Assembly: GCA_050014495.1 (NCBI GenBank)
Contig: JBEKDF010000058.1
Coordinates: 1-11,824 of the forward strand
Length of the DNA stretch: 11,824 nt
Direction: 5' to 3'
Origin: Candidatus Bathyarchaeia archaeon
GTDB taxonomy: Archaea > Thermoproteota > Bathyarchaeia > TCS64
Shown piece by piece: positions 6,041 through 11,824 of the stretch (positions within the stretch are counted from its first letter, which is position 1; each line of letters begins with the position of its first letter). The translations under genes were made by a program, and so were the position numbers. The notes under the pieces were generated by a model. It saw nothing but the letters and a program-made list of their open reading frames with translations, searched no databases and had not been told where the DNA came from.

Positions 6041-7936
6041 ATGATGTCACGTGAAATAACGGGGCCGAATATGCTTGAAGAGCTTAGGAAGGAGATCCAA
6101 GAGGAATCTGTTTCTCAAAAGGTGACTATCTCGGTTTGCTCCAGTACGGGGTGCGTGGCTCTTGGGTCGCAGAGCCTCTTGAAGATGCTGAAAGAACAAC
6201 TCTCAAATCAGGGTCTAGAGGAAATTGTCGAGATCAAGGAAACCGGGTGCCTCGGCTTCTGCGAGAAAGGACCCAGGCTCACCGTTTATCCAGGAGGCAT
6301 CAGCTACTTCCAGGTTTCTCCTGAAGATATCGACGAGATTGTTACAAGGTCTTTGGAGCATGGTCAACCTCTCGAAAGGCTTCTCCTAAGAGACCCTGAG
6401 ACTGGCAAAACCGCTGAGCGATTAGAAGACATACCATTCTACAAATACCAGCGTAGGTTGCTGCTGAGCGATAATGAGAGAGTTGATCCGAAAAAAATCG
6501 AGGACTACATTTCGATTGGTGGATACTCTGCCCTGAGCAGGGTTCTATTCCATATGAAGCCAGAGCAGGTGATCCAAGAGGTCAAGAAGTCTGGTCTACG
6601 GGGTCGTGGCGGTAGCGGCTTCCCGACGGGGCGTAAGTGGGAGGCAACCAGGGATGCCCCTGGAGACCCTAAATATGTAATAGTAAACTGCGACGAAGGG
6701 GATCCCGGGTCCTTCATGGATAGATCCCTCATGGAGGGAAACCCCCACAAGGTACTAGAGGGCATGATGATAGGAGCGTACGCTATAGGTGCCTCGAAGG
6801 GGTACATATATATTAGAGAGGAGTATCCCATCGCATTCGCCAATGTGAAAACAGCCATAGCCCAGGCTAAGGAGTATGGTCTGATTGGTAGTAACGTTAT
6901 GGGGTCGGGTTTTAGCTTCGATGTAAAGGTCCACTCAGGTGCAGGAGCCTTCGTTTCTGGGGAGTCAAGCGCACTTGTTGAGGCGATTGAGGGTAGAGTC
7001 GGCGAACCGAGGCCCAAGTACATACACATATCCGAGAGGGGCATCGACGGGAAGCCAACTTGCCTGAATAACGTGAAGACATGGGCGAATGTCCCGATTA
7101 TTATTTTAAACAGCGCCGAGTGGTACAAGAGTGTTGGTACGGAGAGTAGCAGTGGCACCAACATCTTCTCCCTCGTGGGTAATGTGAATAACACCGGCCT
7201 TGTAGAGGTTCCAATGGGAATCACCCTCAGAGACATGGTCTACAAGATAGGTGGAGGCGTGCGAGGTGGTAAGCGGTTTAAAGCCGTGCAAATTGGAGGA
7301 CCCTCTGGCGGATTCATCCCGGAGCAGTTCCTAGATCTCAAGGTAGACTTCGACTCCCTATCAGAGGCAGGTTCAATGATGGGCTCAGGAGGGATGGTGG
7401 TCATGAATGAGGATGCCTGCATGGTGGACGCTGCAAAGTACTTCGTGGACTTCCTACTCGAGGAGTCCTGTGGAAAATGCATACCATGTCGCGAGGGGCT
7501 AAAGGTGCTTTCAGCCACACTCGGCAGAATATGTGAGGGAATGGGAAAACATTCCGACCTCGAGATAATTAGAGACGTGACTGAGGCAATGGAGACAACG
7601 AGTCTCTGCTCACTAGGTAAAACCGCGATCAACCCGGTATTAACTTCAATGAATTACTTCAAAGACGAATGGGAAGCACATATTGAGGAGAAAGTCTGCC
7701 CAGCTAAGCATTGTAGAGCCCTCATCGAGTACTCCATAGACGAGAAAAGTTGCAAGGCTTGTCTCCAATGTACAATGAACTGCTCCACAGCAGCTATTAG
7801 CGGGGAGAAGAGGAAACCACAAAGAATTGACCAGAGTAAATGCATAAAGTGTGGAACATGTTACGACCTCTGCCCAAGCAACGCTGTTGTGAAGATATCT
7901 AGAGGCGCGGCCAAGCAGATAGGATTGGTGGATTAA
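6041..7936 (+). CDS. nuoF: HydB/NuoF-like FMN- and NAD(P)H-binding flavoprotein (long, bifurcating-type architecture)
   Basis: N-terminal thioredoxin-like Fe-S (CSSTGC, GCLGFC); GLRGRGGSGFPTG; NCDEGDPGSFMDR; SLBB GGPSGG; CGKCIPCREG...CSLG; C...H-x5-C-x4-C site; two C-terminal CxxCxxCxxxC motifs. Confidence 0.95.
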   Translation: MMSREITGPNMLEELRKEIQEESVSQKVTISVCSSTGCVALGSQSLLKMLKEQLSNQGLEEIVEIKETGCLGFCEKGPRLTVYPGGISYFQVSPEDIDEIVTRSLEHGQPLERLLLRDPETGKTAERLEDIPFYKYQRRLLLSDNERVDPKKIEDYISIGGYSALSRVLFHMKPEQVIQEVKKSGLRGRGGSGFPTGRKWEATRDAPGDPKYVIVNCDEGDPGSFMDRSLMEGNPHKVLEGMMIGAYAIGASKGYIYIREEYPIAFANVKTAIAQAKEYGLIGSNVMGSGFSFDVKVHSGAGAFVSGESSALVEAIEGRVGEPRPKYIHISERGIDGKPTCLNNVKTWANVPIIILNSAEWYKSVGTESSSGTNIFSLVGNVNNTGLVEVPMGITLRDMVYKIGGGVRGGKRFKAVQIGGPSGGFIPEQFLDLKVDFDSLSEAGSMMGSGGMVVMNEDACMVDAAKYFVDFLLEESCGKCIPCREGLKVLSATLGRICEGMGKHSDLEIIRDVTEAMETTSLCSLGKTAINPVLTSMNYFKDEWEAHIEEKVCPAKHCRALIEYSIDEKSCKACLQCTMNCSTAAISGEKRKPQRIDQSKCIKCGTCYDLCPSNAVVKISRGAAKQIGLVD

Positions 7937-7937
7937 A

Positions 7938-8555
7938 TTGAAGACGATAGAGTTTGAGATAGACGAGAAGAAAGTGAGAGCCAGGGAAGGCATGACAATA
8001 CTTGAGGCTGCAAAGCAATCAGGTGTCAATATTCCTACACTCTGCTACCATGAGAATCTGGATCACCTCGGTTGCTGCAGAATCTGCTCGGTGTATATTG
8101 AGAAAGGGAAAAGGGGGAGTATAGTCACAGCCTGTAGCTACCCCGTTGAAGAAGGACTTAAGGTGACGACTCGTTCACAAAAGATCGATAGGTTAAGGAA
8201 GACAATAATCGAACTAGCAATCGTTGGTTCCGGCCCTAATATAAAGGCTGACCTCTATAGACTTTCTAAGGAATATAATGCAGATCTTAATCGTTTCAGC
8301 TCAATCGGGGAAGAGACCAAATATAACTGCATACTCTGTGGACTATGCACCATAAAATGCATCGAGGCTACAGGTGGAGCAATTGGCTTTGTAGGCCGGG
8401 GGGTTGACAAGAAGATAGTCTCGTTCCCCGAGACGTCGCAGACATGTATAACCTGTAACTACTGTAACAATGTGTGCCCGACTGGGAGAATATCGTTAAA
8501 GGGGGCCGACCCGCCCTTTCCAACAGTCAACGACTTTCTCTCAGGAAGAAGCTAG
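7938..8555 (+). CDS. Short HydA/NuoG/HoxU-like Fe-S subunit ([2Fe-2S] + 2x[4Fe-4S]) without a catalytic domain
   Basis: IPTLC...GCCRIC...TAC; CILCGLCTIKC; CITCNYCNNVCP. Only 205 aa, with no H-cluster or molybdopterin domain. Confidence 0.92.
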   Translation: MKTIEFEIDEKKVRAREGMTILEAAKQSGVNIPTLCYHENLDHLGCCRICSVYIEKGKRGSIVTACSYPVEEGLKVTTRSQKIDRLRKTIIELAIVGSGPNIKADLYRLSKEYNADLNRFSSIGEETKYNCILCGLCTIKCIEATGGAIGFVGRGVDKKIVSFPETSQTCITCNYCNNVCPTGRISLKGADPPFPTVNDFLSGRS

Positions 8556-8560
8556 TAGCA

Positions 8561-8565
8561 TTTTT
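8561..8565 (+). terminator. Possible oligo-T terminator of the hydCBA-like operon
   Basis: TTTTT immediately after tandem TAG TAG stops; weak signal. Confidence 0.3.
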
Positions 8566-8686
8566 CATGCAATTTACATGAGCACACGCGGCCCGAGTTA
8601 TCTCCAAAACAATTGTAACTCTTCTATGCGCGCAAATGCACACATCGTGGAGAAGCTATTTATCCCTATGGCTTGTATTGTTGTTC

Positions 8687-8744
8687 AGCCAATGATGTGA
8701 AGGCATTAGAGCGATTCGTGAGCGATCAGAGTTACACTGAGGCT
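8687..8744 (+). ncRNA. Box C/D sRNA (2'-O-methylation guide), predicted dual 23S rRNA targets
   Basis: Terminal stem AGCC/GGCT; box C ATGATGT (8692-8698); guide 8699-8710; D' GCGA (8711-8714); C' GTGAGCG (8718-8724); guide 8725-8736; box D CTGA (8737-8740). TATA-like TTTATCC at 8659-8665. Guides are complementary to GUAACUCUGA and CUAAUGCCUU, which resemble 23S H69 and H70/71 sequences. Confidence 0.88.
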
Positions 8745-8961
8745 AAACCGTAAATAACATTCAAATAGTTATTTAGCGACGCGCGCAAGCAGATAATTCT
8801 GAGTAATTCCCAACGTAAGTGAAGATACATCTATAATTCCCATACGCGAAAACTCCGTAAAATAAGAGGGTCCAGTCAATAAACGTAAATATTAAATCAA
8901 ACAACCGCGTATTTTGAGCAGTTTTAATTACTAAAATCTAAAATGGAAGGTAGATGAAGGA

Positions 8962-9933
8962 GTGATTCAGCGTAGGAGTGCCCTGACTCAGGTTCAGGCG
9001 ATCGTGATCATAATCATAGTGGTCGTCGCAGGCGTCGGAGCATACCTCCTCGGACTAATACCTGGCACGGTCTCCATACCTAGTCATGGATCATCCACGA
9101 TCCAGACTCACAGCACAACACCTCTGCCATCTTCACTATCGCTTGGAACGACGAAGACTCAGAGTTTCACGTGGGGGGGCTATAACAGAACCTACAGCAT
9201 ACACATATCACAGATCTACGATTCAAGCAAGCCGACGCCGCTGGTAATCATGCTTCATGGATTTACGGAGGACATGCTCCTCACGCAGAGCTATTTCCCA
9301 ACGGATAAATCGGATGAGGAAGGCTTCATCGTCGTTTACCCCCAGGGAATAGGACTCGGCTGGAATGTGGCGTTCGGATTCGGGGAGGCCTACAAGAATA
9401 ACATGGATGATGTGGGCTTCATACGTGAGCTCATCTACAGAACCGAACAGATTTACAGGATCGATCCAGACAGAATCTACGTTGCGGGATTCTCCGCTGG
9501 CGCGATGATGGCGTACCGTCTAGGCGCTGAGCTCTCCGATAAGATAGCTGCTATCGCCCCGGTCGCGGGTTCGATTGGGGGACACATGAATGAAACCATT
9601 GCTCCTATTCGAATAATCGACAACCCCTCACAGCCCGTATCCGTCATCGTTTTAATGGGAACGGGTGATCCGAATTACTACGGTGCAAACGCGAGCGTCT
9701 TCGGTTTTTCGTCTCTGTCAGTTCATGATTCTGTTACCTTCTGGGTGGATCATGATGGGTGTAGTAAGACCGCTCAAAACACCACCGGGAATCCAGTTAA
9801 AAGTGTCTACTCCAACGGCTTGAAGGGCACTGAGGTCGTCTTATACACGTTTATTGGTGGGGATCACGAGTGGCCAAGCAATGCTGCTGATGTTATCTGG
9901 GACTTCTTTAAGAGCCACCCCAAGCGGCACTAA
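8962..9933 (+). CDS. Membrane-anchored/secreted alpha/beta-hydrolase, PHB depolymerase (LpqC)-like esterase
   Basis: Hydrophobic N-terminal helix, S/T/P linker, PLVIMLHG, FIVVYPQG, DDVGFI, IDPDRIYVAGFSAGA nucleophile elbow, GTGD, GGDHEWP. Confidence 0.9.
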   Translation: MIQRRSALTQVQAIVIIIIVVVAGVGAYLLGLIPGTVSIPSHGSSTIQTHSTTPLPSSLSLGTTKTQSFTWGGYNRTYSIHISQIYDSSKPTPLVIMLHGFTEDMLLTQSYFPTDKSDEEGFIVVYPQGIGLGWNVAFGFGEAYKNNMDDVGFIRELIYRTEQIYRIDPDRIYVAGFSAGAMMAYRLGAELSDKIAAIAPVAGSIGGHMNETIAPIRIIDNPSQPVSVIVLMGTGDPNYYGANASVFGFSSLSVHDSVTFWVDHDGCSKTAQNTTGNPVKSVYSNGLKGTEVVLYTFIGGDHEWPSNAADVIWDFFKSHPKRH

Positions 9934-9989
9934 TGCTCGCGCGACGTACAGGAGAGCTGCGAAATTATCTTCCACCGCGCGCGCATTAG
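9930..9989. repeat. Inverted repeat between convergent genes
   Basis: CTAATGCTCGCGCG (9930-9943) and CGCGCGCGCATTAG (9976-9989) are 13/14 complementary with a 32-nt spacer. Confidence 0.7.
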
Positions 9990-10013
9990 CAAAAGTGAGT
10001 TTATGCGTGCATG

Positions 10014-10421
10014 TTAAACAACCAATATGGCTAGTACAATGATTTCAGCTAGAAGGATTGCTCCGCATAGGATAGATATGAAAGGTCTTTCCTGCTTGCT
10101 TGGATTTACATCGTCAACTAGTTCCATACGTCTTTTAGTCGGTACTACCAATATGCTTCTACTACGAACAATTGTTGAATTATTTTCATCATTATTGTTC
10201 CATCTCAAACGTGGGTTATTGGAATATGCACCAATAAATCCATAGAGGAAGAGGAGCCCTGACTCTAAAAAAGTGATGTCGCCAATAATTCCTGTAATAT
10301 TGTTTATCTCGATTCTCCCGAAATAAGCATTAGATAGAATTAAACTGAGGACAATATTTATTATGCCAATGCCTAAGGCTAAACGAATTGATTTTATTAT
10401 TATACTCCGATTAATAGACAA
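10014..10421 (-). CDS. Hypothetical membrane protein (about 3 TM helices)
   Basis: Hydrophobic segments (LALGIGIINIVLSLIL; ITFLESGLLFLYGFIG; FISILCGAILLAEIIVLAILVV); AT-rich; TTG start. Confidence 0.7.
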   Translation of the reverse strand: MSINRSIIIKSIRLALGIGIINIVLSLILSNAYFGRIEINNITGIIGDITFLESGLLFLYGFIGAYSNNPRLRWNNNDENNSTIVRSRSILVVPTKRRMELVDDVNPSKQERPFISILCGAILLAEIIVLAILVV

Positions 10422-10586
10422 GTGTTACTGAATTGTGCAACGCTCTATTTAGGAGGTTCGCTGTGTGTGCATAACTTAAATTTCATAAACACATAAGGCC
10501 AAGGTGCAAAACTAAACGCGCGCGCATGGCATAATCGATCTACAGACCGTTGATGTTTTAATATGCACATGGCTCAGTGAATTGGA

Positions 10587-10616
10587 GCTGACAACAGTCA
10601 GCGACTCTGTGAGGAG
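10587..10616 (+). promoter_or_regulatory. Short inverted repeat and Shine-Dalgarno upstream of the amidohydrolase
   Basis: GCTGAC-AACA-GTCAGC (10587-10602); GAGGAG (10611-10616); TATA-like TTTTAATAT at 10556-10564. Confidence 0.45.
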
Positions 10617-10622
10617 AAACGA

Positions 10623-11606
10623 ATGAAGGTCATCGACGTCCATAATCACTTGAACCCGCGCCCATTCCTAGAGGCAGTTCGAACCGGTCATGATTGGTAC
10701 GGGTTCACCGCCGAGCACGGCGAGCTTGAGAACCCCCGGAACCACTGGACGCTGAAAGAGCGGATCGCCGACATGAACCGGCTTGGAGTGGATATGCAGG
10801 CACTCACCCTCTATGGCGACTTCAACAAATACGACCGTGACCCAAAGCTCACTAAGGCAGCTGTCAGGGCCTGCAACGACGAGGTAGCGGCCATGGTCGA
10901 TGAGTACCCAGATCGGTTCGTGGGCCTGGGCATTCTTCCCATGCAGGACGTAGCGGCATCGGTAGTTGAGCTCGAGCGGGCGGTAACCGATCTCGGGCTA
11001 AAAGGCGTCACCATCAAGGACCATATCAACGGATACACCCTAGACGATCCGCAGTTCCTCCCCTTCTGGGAGGCCGTCGAGCGGCTGGGAGCCGTCGTCG
11101 AGTTCCACCAGGGCAGCACGATCGTGGCGCAGCGGATCCCTCGTTACTTCCTCGAGAACACCGTGGGCAACCTGGTGGAGCGAGTCCTCACCTTTGGTGC
11201 TCTGGTGCAGGGTGGGATCATCGATCGCTTCCCCAAGCTGAAGGTCTGTCTGCTTCACGGGGGCGGCTATGTGGCTTTCGGGGTCGCCCGAATGGACAAG
11301 GGCTGGGAGGCAGCGAAGCTGGACTACATGGTCAAGTACTCGGCTGAGGAATCCCGCCAGTCGATCTCCAAGCCTCCGAGCCAGTACGTTGGGAATTTCT
11401 ATTACGACTGTGCCACCTTCAGCGAACCGACTCTCCGATTCCTGATAGACACTGTGGGGATCGATAGGGTCGTATTCGGGACAGACTACCCCTGCCCTAT
11501 GGAGATGGTGGACTCGGTTAACTGGATCAACAGTCTGGGGAGCCTGACCTGCTCGGAGAAGCAGGCGATTTTGTCGGTGAACCCGGCCCGGATGTTCGGT
11601 ATCTGA
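10623..11606 (+). CDS. Amidohydrolase_2 family, ACMSD-like metal-dependent decarboxylase/hydratase
   Basis: IDVHNH, NDEVA...PDRFVGLG.LPMQD, ELERAV, PFWEA, FHQG, LHGGG, YYDC, FGTDYP, NPARMF. Confidence 0.93.
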   Translation: MKVIDVHNHLNPRPFLEAVRTGHDWYGFTAEHGELENPRNHWTLKERIADMNRLGVDMQALTLYGDFNKYDRDPKLTKAAVRACNDEVAAMVDEYPDRFVGLGILPMQDVAASVVELERAVTDLGLKGVTIKDHINGYTLDDPQFLPFWEAVERLGAVVEFHQGSTIVAQRIPRYFLENTVGNLVERVLTFGALVQGGIIDRFPKLKVCLLHGGGYVAFGVARMDKGWEAAKLDYMVKYSAEESRQSISKPPSQYVGNFYYDCATFSEPTLRFLIDTVGIDRVVFGTDYPCPMEMVDSVNWINSLGSLTCSEKQAILSVNPARMFGI

Positions 11607-11712
11607 CCCTTCAACTAACTCACCGGGGTCATAGTCTTATCCACACACACCCAAACCCACAACTGGTAGGTTTCAGTATGCGCAACAATCTATGCATTAA
11701 TACGCGCGCGCT

Positions 11713-11824
11713 GGCTTGTCCCTAAAATGGTTAAAAATGGTCATAATCCCCCTCACCGAATTTGGGGGCAATCCCGGGCATATCCCAAACCCCTCACCTT
11801 CTCGTAGAACCCATCCCCTTCAAC
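11713..11824 (-). mobile_element. Possible right end of another IS element extending beyond the window
   Basis: TIR-like GGCTTGTCCCTAAAATGG followed by strongly C/A-skewed DNA, i.e. G/T-rich on the minus strand like the right half of the IS at 2821-3633. A minus-strand frame ends ...GLGYARDCPQIR*. The partner end is not visible. Confidence 0.3.

Noticed and set aside
4361..8029. Small or antisense ORFs overlapping phoU and the hydCBA-like genes (e.g. 6505..7236, 243 aa)
   Set aside because: Codon-bias shadows with no domain signatures.
5407..8555. Calling the operon respiratory complex I or an [FeFe]-hydrogenase
   Set aside because: No membrane Nuo subunits, no H-cluster motifs and no maturases in the window.
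8614..8622. TGTAACTCT as a local cis target of the sRNA D guide
   Set aside because: A 9-nt match in non-coding DNA upstream of the sRNA promoter. The paired rRNA targets explain both guides better.
8751..8775. TAAATAAC-N9-GTTATTTA inverted repeat after the sRNA
   Set aside because: Real but short and AT-rich; cannot distinguish an operator or terminator from chance.
9854..11258. ORFs 9854..10042, 10027..10245, 10811..11119 and 11040..11258
   Set aside because: They overlap better-supported genes and have no recognisable features.
11607..11824. CCCTTCAAC repeated at 11607 and 11816 as a TSD or CRISPR repeat
   Set aside because: Only 9 bp in C/A-skewed DNA, with no enclosed inverted ends or regular repeat-spacer array.

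Overview
Archaeal chromosomal window. Gene style suggests the TACK group, probably Bathyarchaeia (inference only). Left part: a minus-strand operon thiI - 87 aa hypothetical - ThyX-like paralog - thyX (partial, runs off the window, missed by the ORF track), divergent from an archaeal Hsp20. Next is an 813-bp decayed IS5-family element (frameshift plus internal deletion, intact TIRs and 8-bp TSD). Middle: a short Zn-ribbon + NuoE-N-domain gene, an AbrB-PhoU regulator, and a three-gene HydC/HydB/HydA-like (NuoEFG-like) flavoprotein operon. Its HydC carries the same Zn ribbon and its HydA lacks any catalytic domain. Right part: an unannotated box C/D sRNA whose two guides match 23S rRNA helices 69-71, a membrane-anchored PHB-depolymerase-like esterase, a small membrane protein, a GC-rich ACMSD-like amidohydrolase, and a possible IS end. 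Most notable: the dual-guide C/D sRNA predicted to hit sites equivalent to yeast Am2256/Am2281; the Zn-ribbon-HydC plus truncated paralog flanking a PhoU regulator; the two-gene ThyX with complementary motifs; and a recurrent ATG(CG)n motif in most long intergenic spacers and at the IS deletion junction.
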